64,000 nt of DNA from Sedimentisphaerales bacterium (GTDB lineage Bacteria > Planctomycetota > Phycisphaerae > Sedimentisphaerales > SM23-30). Position 1 is the first letter of the stretch, and each line of letters opens with the position of its first letter. A program made the translations under genes and the position numbers. The DNA lies in NCBI GenBank assembly GCA_963663965.2, contig CAXXFK010000019.1, forward strand, positions 1-64,000, written 5' to 3'. Positions 50,129 through 60,478 of the stretch are shown here, piece after piece. A model generated the notes under the pieces. The model ran no database searches and had not been told where the DNA came from. It was given only the letters and a program-made list of their open reading frames with translations.

Positions 50129-50293
50129 ATGGAATTCTGACGAAGTTCCAGTTCAATGAAAAAACACGTTTTATCAAGTATGGGCTGCTGTTTGTTCTGA
50201 TATTATGCAATAAACCGTATGCAATTGGGTTGTGTAATACAATTAATGACTTATGAAACTTAAGACTGCCCATGTTTTATAAAAGGAAAGTAA

Positions 50294-51556
50294 ATGATAA
50301 GAATTCTTTATATTATGGCGTGTTTCATTCTGCTGGCAATTCATATAACCAACGCAGAAGATTCCTGGCCCAACTGGCGCGGGCCTGATTATAATAATAC
50401 GGTTACTTCAGGAACCTATCCGATCCAGTGGGATCCGCAAAAGCCGCTCTGGAAAACGGAGGTACCGGGCAAAGGGTTTTCGACGCCGGTGGTCTGGGAT
50501 CAGAAAATCTTTCTGACCAGCGGGGTGGATGGGCAGGATACCGTTCTGGCTTATGACTGGTCCGGCAAACCGCTCTGGCAGAAAGCGCTGGGACCCGAAT
50601 CGGCCGGTAAGCATCAAAACGGTTCCGGCAGCAACCCGTCAGCCGTCACTGACGGCAAGGGTGTGTTTGCTATTTTCAAGAGTGGTAATTTTGCGGCTTT
50701 TGAGCTGGATGGCTCGATCCGCTGGCAGATGAACCTGTTCGAAAAATATGGCGAAGACAGCCGTTACTGGAGTTTCGGGACATCGCCGGTTGTGACCAGG
50801 GATTATGTCGTAATGGCTCATATGCACGATGGCGATTCCTGGGTTGCGGCATTTAACAAAATGACAGGGGATGTGGTTTGGAAAGTGCCCCGCAACTATG
50901 AAACAGCCCAGGAAGGCCGCCAGGGCTATACGACTCCTGTTGTTTATACCCGCCAGGGAACCGAAGCCCTGCTGGTCTGGGGCGGTCATCATCTCACCGC
51001 GTATAAAGTCGCAGATGGTAAACTACTCTGGTCCTGCGGCGATTTTAATCCCGAGGGTTTGCGTTACTGGCCTTCGGTTGGTTCGCCTACCATCGTTGGC
51101 GATGTGGTGGTAACATCCTGTGGCCGGTCCGACCGCAATCAACCCCGCCTGCACGGTATTAAAATGGGCGGCAGCGGCGATGTAACCGCTACCCACCGCT
51201 TGTGGCAGCGTGATGATATCGGGCCGTTTATCCCCTGTCCCACGGAATATCAGGGGCGGGTGTACCTGGTGGATGACCGGGGTAAAATCAATTGCATCAA
51301 CCCGCTAACCGGCAAGGATTACTGGAACGGCGTCTTTCCCAAAGGCCGGGGAAATTACTATTCCTCACCCCTGGTTGCCGGCGGCCATCTGTACACCACC
51401 CGTGAGGATGGAATGGTATTCGTGCTGGAACTGAAAGATGAATTCAAAATCATTTCAGAAATCGATATGAAAGATAAAATCATCGCATCCCCAATCGCCG
51501 TCTCGAATCGGTTGCTGATTCGAACAGAGCATTATCTATTCTGTATTGGGGAATAA
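50294..51556 (+). CDS. Secreted PQQ-like beta-propeller protein
   Basis: Signal peptide, WPNWRGP, PGKGFSTPVVW, SSPLVA and ASPIA..LLIRT. Confidence 0.9.
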   Translation: MIRILYIMACFILLAIHITNAEDSWPNWRGPDYNNTVTSGTYPIQWDPQKPLWKTEVPGKGFSTPVVWDQKIFLTSGVDGQDTVLAYDWSGKPLWQKALGPESAGKHQNGSGSNPSAVTDGKGVFAIFKSGNFAAFELDGSIRWQMNLFEKYGEDSRYWSFGTSPVVTRDYVVMAHMHDGDSWVAAFNKMTGDVVWKVPRNYETAQEGRQGYTTPVVYTRQGTEALLVWGGHHLTAYKVADGKLLWSCGDFNPEGLRYWPSVGSPTIVGDVVVTSCGRSDRNQPRLHGIKMGGSGDVTATHRLWQRDDIGPFIPCPTEYQGRVYLVDDRGKINCINPLTGKDYWNGVFPKGRGNYYSSPLVAGGHLYTTREDGMVFVLELKDEFKIISEIDMKDKIIASPIAVSNRLLIRTEHYLFCIGE

Positions 51557-51597
51557 TTGCTGTTCCGCCCGCGTGGGAGTTTCTGGATTTAGCGCTT

Positions 51598-52713
51598 CTA
51601 TCTTAATGCTGCTTCCAGCGGCGTATAAGGTATCTCCAGACTGTGGGCGACGTTTTCATAGACACACTGGCCGAGATAGAGATTGGCTCCCAGGGCAATT
51701 TCACGTGAGTGTCGGCAGGCGGCTTCGAAGCCGTGCTCGGCGATCAGCAGGCCAAAGCGCAGGGTCGTACCCGTCAGCGCCAGCGTGGAGGACAGCGCAA
51801 CCGCTCCGGGCATATTGGCTACACAGTAATGAACGATGCCATCCACGATATAGACAGGATTGTCATGGGTTGTGGGCCGGGTGGTTTCGGTACAACCGCC
51901 CTGGTCGACAGAGATATCCACAATCACGGCTCCCTTTTTCATCATGCTCAGATGCTCGCGTTTAATCAGATGGGGCGCTTTGGCGCCGTGGATCAGCACC
52001 GCCCCGATGATCAGATCAGAATGCTCCAGGACATATTCAATATTGGCGTCGTTACTATATAATGTTGTAATCTGGGTGCCAAAGATATCATCCAGATAAG
52101 ACAGCCGGCTGGAATGGACATCCAGCACGGTTACATCGGCGCCAATGCCAACGGCCATTTTGCAGGCATTGGTGCCGGAAATGCCGCCGCCCAGGATCGC
52201 GATCCGCCCGCGCAGAATGCCCGGCACGCCGCCCAGCAGGATCCCCCGGCCGCCAAACGGTTTTTCCAGATATTTAGCGCCTTCCTGAATCGAAAGCCGC
52301 CCGGCAATTTCACTCATTGGTTTCAGACAGGGCAGTGAGCCATCAGCGGCTTCGATGGTTTCATAGGCAACGGCCTTGATTTTGCGTTTCAGTAGCTCTT
52401 CGGTAAGCGCTTTGTCTGCCGCCAGATGCAGATAAGTGTACAGAATCTGACCTTCGTGAAACAGGTCAAATTCCTGCGGTAACGGTTCTTTGACTTTGAT
52501 GATCATCTCACAGGCATCAAAAAGCGCTTTTTTGTCATCGGTAATCGTCGCGCCGGCGGCAATATAATCATTATCCTCAAAACCCGCCTGAACTCCGGCG
52601 CCCTGTTCCACCATGACCTGATGGCCGCGCGCACAGTAAGCTTTGACACAGGCGGGTGTCATACCAACACGATATTCATGGGTTTTAATTTCCCTGGTTA
52701 CACCAATTTTCAT
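51598..52713 (-). CDS. ald: Alanine dehydrogenase
   Basis: EIKTHEYRV, KVKEP, TYLHLA, PMSEIAGR, DQGGC and HYCVANMPGAV. Confidence 0.97.
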   Translation of the reverse strand: MKIGVTREIKTHEYRVGMTPACVKAYCARGHQVMVEQGAGVQAGFEDNDYIAAGATITDDKKALFDACEMIIKVKEPLPQEFDLFHEGQILYTYLHLAADKALTEELLKRKIKAVAYETIEAADGSLPCLKPMSEIAGRLSIQEGAKYLEKPFGGRGILLGGVPGILRGRIAILGGGISGTNACKMAVGIGADVTVLDVHSSRLSYLDDIFGTQITTLYSNDANIEYVLEHSDLIIGAVLIHGAKAPHLIKREHLSMMKKGAVIVDISVDQGGCTETTRPTTHDNPVYIVDGIVHYCVANMPGAVALSSTLALTGTTLRFGLLIAEHGFEAACRHSREIALGANLYLGQCVYENVAHSLEIPYTPLEAALR

Positions 52714-52895
52714 TGTATAGACTCCGAACGAGGTTTAACTAACGACTTGGCCAATGGTTATTTGATATCCTGAAAAATGGCTAAATGCAAGTAAAATCAT
52801 CTGAACGGATCATTATATCATCAAAACAAGCCAAAAATAATGTCTTTATCACAGGAATCTATGACCAATTCTTAAGACAATAACAATATGTTTTT

Positions 52896-55800
52896 TTAAT
52901 CTGTCTTGGGTTCAGGGTATGGCTGTTTCCATTCCGAAGGAATACCCCGGATATGCAGATCCCGTTGCGGGAAGGGAATCTCGATCCCGTTTTTACGGAA
53001 CGCCTGATCAATTCCGTTATGCATATCGCTGATCACCGGCAGGCGGTTGTCGATATCGGGCAGGTAGATACGCAGTACCAGGTTAAGAGAACTATCGCCA
53101 AATCCTTCGAATCCGACGATCGGTTCCGGATCCTTGCAGACGCGCGGATGATCCAGGGCCACTTGACGCATCAGTTTTAACGCCAGTTCCACATTGGAGC
53201 CATAAGCGATGCCTACATTGATCACCACCCGATTAATGCTGTTGCTTAAGGTCCAGTTGAGCAATCGCCCGGTGATAAACTCTTTATTGGGGACAATATA
53301 CTCCTTACGGTCCCAGTCGGTAATCGTCGTGGCGCGGATACTGATACGAGTGACCATGCCGGTCGTGTTATCGACCGTAACAATATCCCCTACCCGAACT
53401 GGCTGGTCGAACAGGATCAGTAAGCCGGAAATGAAGTTGGCAAAAATCTCCTGTAAACCGAAACCCAACCCAACTGATAACGCGGCCACCAGCCACTGCA
53501 CCTTGGACCAGCCAATTCCCAACTCGGTGAAAAACAGGCTCACTCCAATAATCACGATAAGGTAGCGGGTGATCGTGGTAATCGCGAACCTGACGCCCCG
53601 GTCCAGGGGAATATGTTGCAGGAACACGATTTCGATCAATCCGGGACCATTTTTTGACGCGACCATGGTCATAACGACTATAACCAGGGCCAGCAGCAGG
53701 TTCCAGAGAGTCACCGCGTCTTCAGTGCCCTTGGCCCAGAGCTCGATTTTCTGAAAGGCATTCAGGGCTGGCAGAAAGTTTTTCCAGATCAGCCAGGTCC
53801 CAACGACGGCCAGCAGGATCAAAACCGACTGGAGTAAAGCCCGGGCCTGGTGTGAGATCGAGCCGATAATCTCTTTGGTGTCGGGCATTTTTTCCGCCAG
53901 TTCATCTGATAACGAGGCCGTTTCGGAGCGTGAATCCGGTTTGCTCTCAGAGAATGCCTGTTCGGCAATTTTACGTTTCATTTCCTGTAGTTTACGCATG
54001 CGTTCCTTATAGGTCAGCCGTAACTGGATAATATACAGCCATCGAAAAAGCAGTGCGCGCAGGAATAAAACTGCCAGTATGACATAGCCGGTCATAGCCA
54101 GATTCGAAAAAACCTGGACGGCGCCGTAGAAATAGCCAATCCAGGCGGCGGTGATAAACGCGATCGGTAATGTCGCCAGTAGAATAAACCAGATGTATCG
54201 AAGCCGGTAAGCCCATTTGTCCATGTTTTTTTCGTAGTAGGCGCGTAACAGCGGACCGCGCGGATTAACCAGCATGGCAATGGCGCATAACCACAGGATC
54301 TGACAGAACATGAAAGCGAACCGGCCGAGTGAATTGTACCAGTTGTCATTTTCATTTTGATTTTGGACCAAGGCGATAATAAACAGGGTGGGCAAGTACA
54401 ACGGTCCGATGAGTTGAATAACCCGGTTGACATAGCGTAGTTTATCAATGGGTAATCGAAAGTGGGCTATACCAAGGCCGGTTTCCATACAGAAAAAACG
54501 CGCCAACGCCAGAAGAGCCAGCGGTTTGACGATCGACAGGCAGCCCGCGCTGAGCGATCGGGAAAAACCAGCGCCCAGAAATGTCTGAGATCGCCACCCC
54601 AGGAATAAAAACAGTAAAGTCACAGGAGCCGCCGCCAGTACGGTCAGAAGCACCACTCTGACGGTTAACATGAAATTGTCAGAGTAAGAGTGGTTTACGT
54701 TGTCAGAAATCAATTTGATCCGGCAACAGATCGAACGGCGGGCAAAATACAAGCTGATCAGGGCCAGTAACATCGGGATATAGACCAGCAGATTTAATCG
54801 AAAATCGAGCCAGATATCCTGAACCGCCATACGCCAGTTATCCGGGGTGACCAGCCAGCGTAGCGCCTTGAAGGCATCGATCGTATCGCGTTTGAGCCGG
54901 ATAGGAAAGGCGCTGCGAACCCATAATATGTACTCATCGGTAAACCGGATAAATTCATCCGTCCGATTGACATATTGTTGTTCTGCCGCGTCCTGAGAAG
55001 CCAGAACGGAAGCGTATTGCTGGAGATAACCAACTATTTTCTGTAAAATTTCCTTCCGGGTATTCAATACTTTCCGTAATTCATCGGAAACAAAACTTTT
55101 TTGATTTTCCGGGATGACCGGATCTGCCGCGGCGATATTCTCATTGATTTTTCGATCAATATCTTTCAACTCAGACCAGGCGTCATCGTAATCATTGGTG
55201 TCCATAAAAACCTGGGAACTCTCACGGGCCCGGTCACGTATTCTTTGACGGTTGGTGGAAATGTCCGGCAATTCATTTCGTTTAGTGAGCAGCATCACCC
55301 CTAGTACATTATTGACTCCCTCTGCTGCAGTTAAACGGGTCCGGACATCTTCAAAGGTTTTTTCCAGCCTGGCGGCCTCATCCTTAATGGCGGTGGTCAA
55401 CCGGGTGGCGGTATCGATTTTATCGATCAGGTTTTTTTGATACTGGGCCAAAGCCAGGTTTTTGTCCGACCAGTCCTTCAGAATGGGATGGGTATAAACG
55501 GTAACATTGCTTTCCTGAAGCACCTTTTCCGTGGTTTTCTGGGCCTCTACTTTGCGTGCCTGACTGACCTGGTCCTGCCAGTAGGCCACGGTTTTTTCCT
55601 GTTCACGTACTTTCCGCGCGGCCAGATCCCGCCGGGCGGTCAGCCACTCAGTAGTGGCATCATAAAACAATTGTTCTTCCCGGTTGGCTTCAAGCCGGTT
55701 TTGATAACGTTGCTGGCCGGCCAGCAGCATATAGTGGTTGGCCCGGTCCACAATCGACATGTCGGCGGGTATCTGGGCCAGACGGGTTTCGATCTGGCTT

Positions 55801-56468
55801 AGTTGAGTACGGGCATTATTGACTTCCTCTGGCATTTTGGCCAGACGTTCAGAGCGAAATTTAGGCTCATTGTCCAGTTCTGAAGCGCGTTTGCGGGCGG
55901 CTTCCAGTTCGGCCTGAACCTCTTTGAGTTTTTGCTCTTTGGCATCCAGCGTCATGGCCGCAAGGTTTTGATCGGCTGGTGTGCCATTTTCTTGGGTTGC
56001 CAGGATCTTCTTGATCTCTTCCAGTTCGGCCGGGGCTTTCTGGCGGATTGCCATGAATTTATCGCGGGTTGCCAGCAATTCACCAGCGAATTTCAGATCG
56101 AATGATGCCTTGTCACAGGCATCAGAAATCGTTTTTTTTACTTCATCTGTCAGGTCGCCCGCTTCCAATCCTTGTTTTTTTAAAGCTTCAATCGTTTCCA
56201 GAGTGATTTTGGGAGTCATATTTGCCGAACTGTCACTGGAAGAAGTCAGGGTTTCAGAAGATGCTCCTGTTTCAGGAGATCCATTAAACGCATTCCCGGA
56301 AACCGCATCGGCAGCGTTGACCGTTTGCCCCGGGATTGGATTCGGCCAGAACAAAAGAACCGACAGAACACAGGTTACGACAATGAGGTATTTTATCGGT
56401 TTAAATCCAAGAGATTGATCCCTGTACATATACGGTGTCCAATTGGTGGTTTTATTGAATACTGACAA
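52896..56468 (-). CDS. mscK: MscK/KefA-like large mechanosensitive channel of the MscS family
   Basis: Long periplasmic coiled coil, TM block, WSKVQWLVAALSVGLGFGLQEIFANFISG and IPFPQRDLH. Start is uncertain. Confidence 0.9.
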   Translation of the reverse strand: MSVFNKTTNWTPYMYRDQSLGFKPIKYLIVVTCVLSVLLFWPNPIPGQTVNAADAVSGNAFNGSPETGASSETLTSSSDSSANMTPKITLETIEALKKQGLEAGDLTDEVKKTISDACDKASFDLKFAGELLATRDKFMAIRQKAPAELEEIKKILATQENGTPADQNLAAMTLDAKEQKLKEVQAELEAARKRASELDNEPKFRSERLAKMPEEVNNARTQLSQIETRLAQIPADMSIVDRANHYMLLAGQQRYQNRLEANREEQLFYDATTEWLTARRDLAARKVREQEKTVAYWQDQVSQARKVEAQKTTEKVLQESNVTVYTHPILKDWSDKNLALAQYQKNLIDKIDTATRLTTAIKDEAARLEKTFEDVRTRLTAAEGVNNVLGVMLLTKRNELPDISTNRQRIRDRARESSQVFMDTNDYDDAWSELKDIDRKINENIAAADPVIPENQKSFVSDELRKVLNTRKEILQKIVGYLQQYASVLASQDAAEQQYVNRTDEFIRFTDEYILWVRSAFPIRLKRDTIDAFKALRWLVTPDNWRMAVQDIWLDFRLNLLVYIPMLLALISLYFARRSICCRIKLISDNVNHSYSDNFMLTVRVVLLTVLAAAPVTLLFLFLGWRSQTFLGAGFSRSLSAGCLSIVKPLALLALARFFCMETGLGIAHFRLPIDKLRYVNRVIQLIGPLYLPTLFIIALVQNQNENDNWYNSLGRFAFMFCQILWLCAIAMLVNPRGPLLRAYYEKNMDKWAYRLRYIWFILLATLPIAFITAAWIGYFYGAVQVFSNLAMTGYVILAVLFLRALLFRWLYIIQLRLTYKERMRKLQEMKRKIAEQAFSESKPDSRSETASLSDELAEKMPDTKEIIGSISHQARALLQSVLILLAVVGTWLIWKNFLPALNAFQKIELWAKGTEDAVTLWNLLLALVIVVMTMVASKNGPGLIEIVFLQHIPLDRGVRFAITTITRYLIVIIGVSLFFTELGIGWSKVQWLVAALSVGLGFGLQEIFANFISGLLILFDQPVRVGDIVTVDNTTGMVTRISIRATTITDWDRKEYIVPNKEFITGRLLNWTLSNSINRVVINVGIAYGSNVELALKLMRQVALDHPRVCKDPEPIVGFEGFGDSSLNLVLRIYLPDIDNRLPVISDMHNGIDQAFRKNGIEIPFPQRDLHIRGIPSEWKQPYPEPKTD

Positions 56469-56532
56469 ATTAACCTGTATTGTACCTGACGTTCAGAATA
56501 AAGCAAGCAAGGATTGCCTGGCGGTGCTTTTA

Positions 56533-57312
56533 TTACCGGGTATCCGTGGTTGCTGCGATCACGATGGCAAAGACCCTTTTGACGCCGGCGCGTTTCAGCA
56601 GACGTCCAGTTGTATTTAAGGTGGCGCCGGTAGTCGTGACGTCGTCGACCAGGCAAACGGTTTGGTCTTTTATATGAGAGCCGTAGCGTAACGCGAACGC
56701 CCGGCGCAAATTTGTTCTGCGATTTCCGGCAGGGAGTTGAGCCTGGGGAACTGTGTTTTTCAACCGAACCAGATCGTGTCTTACGGGGATGGTCATACCG
56801 TTTCGTTTTAATTCGGCGCTGAGCGCCCGGGCCAGCAGGTCCGATTGATTATAACCCCGGGCCAGTTTTCTTCGCCAGTGCAAAGGGACCGGTATAAAAC
56901 AATCGATTTCATGGCGTTCGGGTCTGCCTGACAGGGCTGATGCCATTAATTGTCCCAGGTACCGGTCGAGGTGTTCCTGGCGGTTAAATTTGAATGACAC
57001 GATCAGTTCTTTAAGCGGGGAAGCATATTCTCCAATCCGTATGGTTCTGTCGATTACTGGCCGGCTATCCCTGCAAAAATGGCAGCGATCTCCTGTCAAT
57101 TCATAAGCCCCGGTGGTTTTACCACAGGTGGGACAGCCGGTTAAGGCGATCGATTCGTTCAATGCCATCCAGCACGATTGACAAATCGTATCGCCGGCAC
57201 GTTCCAGAGGAGAGCCACAGGCGGCACAGCGTGGAGGAAACAACCAGTCCATCATAGAGCCGGTTATTCGAATGGTTTCAGGCAATATGGATTGGGGCAT
57301 AAATTTTGTCAT
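56533..57312 (-). CDS. comF: ComF-family phosphoribosyltransferase with double zinc ribbon
   Basis: LFPPRCAAC and further CxxC pairs; PVPLH..RGYNQS; LVDDVTTTGAT. Confidence 0.93.
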   Translation of the reverse strand: MTKFMPQSILPETIRITGSMMDWLFPPRCAACGSPLERAGDTICQSCWMALNESIALTGCPTCGKTTGAYELTGDRCHFCRDSRPVIDRTIRIGEYASPLKELIVSFKFNRQEHLDRYLGQLMASALSGRPERHEIDCFIPVPLHWRRKLARGYNQSDLLARALSAELKRNGMTIPVRHDLVRLKNTVPQAQLPAGNRRTNLRRAFALRYGSHIKDQTVCLVDDVTTTGATLNTTGRLLKRAGVKRVFAIVIAATTDTR

Positions 57313-57583
57313 GGTTTTTTTATCATATTCATATCGGTATCAAATTTCAATTCCATGTCGGAAATAGATTCTAAAAACTTTTTGCACTCAATTTGACTTT
57401 TGTTGGGTGGCTGAGAATAATTTATCAGTTGTCGGAAGACGCAGAATATCAGGGAGTTAGTGATAATGCTTTTTTATAGTATAAGGGCTGGGGGGTTCTG
57501 TGTCGGTTTTCACAGCGCCTCCAGCCAGGTAATTCTGTTTTGGCTTAGAAAAACTTAACAATTTTATTTGGAAAGGATATATT

Positions 57584-58792
57584 ATGAGATCGAAAACCAA
57601 AAAGAAGATCCAATGGATGTTAGCCATTCTTTTCCTGCTGGTTTGGGGGCAGTTGACCTGGGCTCATCTTGAACCGTCATCGGGCCCCAACATTCGTGAG
57701 CAGGTCCGTAGCGCGGAATTTATATTTCGTGGTCATGTCATTGGGGTCCAGTATCGAGATGCTGACAAGGTAATGCAGCTCGACGGGACCGCGCCGGCCT
57801 ATGAGGATGGCTTGCCGGTCTATCAGGATGGTTCCAGTACCCCCCATACCTTCGTTACTTATCAGATTGATGAGATAATTAAGGGTAATCCGCCGCAAAT
57901 TCCCGGTGCCGGTCCCACAGATAAGATCACGTTACGGTTACTGGGTGGTCCGTCTCAGGAACACCCTGAAGAAGTGCTGTTTGTGCCAACTTATCCTCAT
58001 ATGGATCTTGGAGACCAGGACTTTCTTTTTGTCAAAAATAATACCGTGTATGGTTGTCCGCTGGTGAAAGCGGAAAATGGGAGGTATCGAATTTTAAGTG
58101 ATCCCAATAAACCGACAGAGCCACCCATGGTCTATACGGACCGCGGTTTTGAAATCGTTTATCTTCCGGATGAACAGAATGCCGGAGAGATCGATACCGG
58201 TGAGTTTCATTATCTGCCGGATGTTCATACGTTTACCATTGGCAATTACCAACTGGAGCGGGATGTCATTATGGAAGAAAACGAATATAATGATCCGGCC
58301 AATAACGAGCAGCCCGAACGATCTGTACGTAAAGGCCCACATTTCCAGGCGTCTCAGTTTAGCCAGTTTCTACATCTGGTAGTAGCAGAGCTATATACAC
58401 CAGAACAACTCCGTTTATTGCCTCCGGCAGTGAGCGCCGATCCATCACAACCTTTTATAATTGAACCTCTGGATGAAAGTGGCCTGGTTGGTCTGGGATT
58501 GGAACCGGGACCGGAACCAGTAGCCCGGCCGTGGCTGGATGAACTGCCTGAAGCGAAACGGCGTGAAATTTTGGAGGCTGAATTGCTGGAAGCCGAGTTA
58601 ACCCGGACAACCGGGGGCAATCCGGTATTGCCGACGACCCCATGTGAACGTGAGATCTTTGCCGGCGGTCGAATTCCTGCTGATATCTCCGGCCCCGAAG
58701 ACAAACCGGACTGTATTGTTGACCTTTACGATCTGAAACAGATGTCCATTGACTGGTTGTCATGCCTGGGTTCGGGATGTCCGCAATTCTAA
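57584..58792 (+). CDS. Secreted hypothetical protein with an N-terminal OB/TIMP-like domain and a C-terminal dockerin-like motif
   Basis: Signal peptide; SAEFIFRGHV..TFVTYQIDEIIKG..LRLLGG..FLFV; ADISGP..DCIVDLYDL..W. Confidence 0.7.
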   Translation: MRSKTKKKIQWMLAILFLLVWGQLTWAHLEPSSGPNIREQVRSAEFIFRGHVIGVQYRDADKVMQLDGTAPAYEDGLPVYQDGSSTPHTFVTYQIDEIIKGNPPQIPGAGPTDKITLRLLGGPSQEHPEEVLFVPTYPHMDLGDQDFLFVKNNTVYGCPLVKAENGRYRILSDPNKPTEPPMVYTDRGFEIVYLPDEQNAGEIDTGEFHYLPDVHTFTIGNYQLERDVIMEENEYNDPANNEQPERSVRKGPHFQASQFSQFLHLVVAELYTPEQLRLLPPAVSADPSQPFIIEPLDESGLVGLGLEPGPEPVARPWLDELPEAKRREILEAELLEAELTRTTGGNPVLPTTPCEREIFAGGRIPADISGPEDKPDCIVDLYDLKQMSIDWLSCLGSGCPQF

Positions 58793-58837
58793 TAAAAATA
58801 ATGGCTTAAGCCAAAATAAATACAAGGAGACTTAACT

Positions 58838-59950
58838 ATGAATACGATAAAATCATATCATAACTTCTATTTGATTGTCGCCATCTCACTGGCGGGTATG
58901 GTTTCAACCAGTTACGCCTACGACCATTACCATGCCAGCGGTAAAAACCTGATCTGGGGTGGCAAAGCCATGAACTGGCGCGCAGGCAAAAACAGTTTCC
59001 AGTCCGGCACTGGCTGGCGGGAAGAACTCCAGGAGGCGAACGCCCGCTGGAATGAGGCACCGGGCAATTTTACTTTTGGTATCCGCAACTGGAACGAAAA
59101 ATACGTTGGTCGTTATAATGGCCAGAATGAAATCTGGTTCACTGATAAACAGAGTGTGCTGGATGGCGCCCCGGCGCGCACGATCTATACCTATAACGCG
59201 ATTTCCGCACGATTCATTGAAGCGGATGTCGTTTTTGACAGTGATGTAAAGTGGTCCAAGACAAACACGCAATCCACGAAGACCCCTTATGGCGGCGAAT
59301 GGCGGCCCTGGGGCAATACCGCGATGCATGAATTTGGTCACGTACTGGGTTTAGCTCATGTCGATTATGAATACAATATCATGGGGGAAGACTGGGACCA
59401 TATCCATGCCAATAATGGTAAAGTGCGGTTTTATGCCGGTGAAGATGCCGGGCGTGGTGAAGTTCATCTCTATGGTCAGACAACCACCAGCAAGAAAAAC
59501 GACCTGGGCGCTACCCATTGGAAATATGGCAATGCCGATGGCGAATACAGCGAACATATCCCCTGTAAGCTCTATAGCAGTGGGGGGGGCTCGGTGATCT
59601 ATAATGATACCTATGCCGGGGCATTGCGATTTCATGTCAGTGCCGGCGGGACGTATCAGGCGCAATTCACCCTGGAAAACAATGGCTATTACACCCTGGA
59701 AAATATCAAAGTGGCCTATTATATTTCCACCAATGATAACATCACCACTCTGGACCGGCTGATCAAAACCCGGACGATCAAGATGGGGCCTGACGATGTT
59801 TATACGACCAAGTATTCCGTGACGATTCCCGGCGATCTGACCGTTGGGCAAACCTACTGGCTGGGTGTGATTGTGGATTACACCGGTAGTATTACTGAAT
59901 TTTGCGAATCCAATAATGCCACCTGGCTGCAAATCAAAGTAATTAACTGA
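58838..59950 (+). CDS. Secreted matrixin-like zinc metalloprotease with a C-terminal CARDB/Ig-like domain
   Basis: EADVVF, HEFGHVLGLAH, Met-turn NIMG, YYISTNDNIT and ITEFCESNN. Confidence 0.88.
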   Translation: MNTIKSYHNFYLIVAISLAGMVSTSYAYDHYHASGKNLIWGGKAMNWRAGKNSFQSGTGWREELQEANARWNEAPGNFTFGIRNWNEKYVGRYNGQNEIWFTDKQSVLDGAPARTIYTYNAISARFIEADVVFDSDVKWSKTNTQSTKTPYGGEWRPWGNTAMHEFGHVLGLAHVDYEYNIMGEDWDHIHANNGKVRFYAGEDAGRGEVHLYGQTTTSKKNDLGATHWKYGNADGEYSEHIPCKLYSSGGGSVIYNDTYAGALRFHVSAGGTYQAQFTLENNGYYTLENIKVAYYISTNDNITTLDRLIKTRTIKMGPDDVYTTKYSVTIPGDLTVGQTYWLGVIVDYTGSITEFCESNNATWLQIKVIN

Positions 59951-59974
59951 TAGCGATCCGCCTGTCCCAAAAAT

Positions 59975-60009
59975 AAAGCGGGATTCTCTAATGGAGAATC
60001 CCGCCTTTT
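59975..60009. terminator. Bidirectional intrinsic terminator between convergent genes
   Basis: AAA-GCGGGATTCTC-taatg-GAGAATCCCGC-CTTTT. Confidence 0.8.
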
Positions 60010-60478
60010 ACGACATGCGTATAAAAGACAGAGGTTATTCTCTGGATTTTTCCCAGTCATTGGCCAGTTCGGCACGGATCGCTTCTATATCCAGTTGATT
60101 GATATAATCAATTAAATTCTGCCAGATTCCATGAAATCCGAATCCCCCCTCAATCATTTCCTGGATTGCCTCTTCTTGGGTCCAGCCCTGCTCTACGATC
60201 CGGTAAATTGCGCACAGGGTTCCGGTGCGGTCTGCCCCGTGCTGGCAGTGGACAAAAACCGGTCCGGCATCTGGATCCGTCACGATCTGCAGGAAACGAA
60301 TCACTTCCTTGTGTTCGGGATGCCATGCTTTCATGGTGATGTGTTCATATAGCAAGTCTGCTCCTTTTAGCTCATCCTGATCAGAATGGAACGAACGCAA
60401 GTTGACTACGGTCTTGATACCAAATTTTTCCAGCGCCCGCATTCCTTCCGAAGTTGGCTGAGCTCCGCGATATAAGTA

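Noticed and set aside
57405..57530. Possible riboswitch upstream of the 57584 gene (GGCTGGGGGG..CCTCCAGCC hairpin)
   Set aside because: A hairpin is present but I see no diagnostic aptamer core; an Rfam scan would be needed.
59582..59589. G8 run in the metalloprotease gene as a phase-variation site
   Set aside because: The frame is intact, the run encodes Gly-Gly-Gly mid-gene, and it is short.
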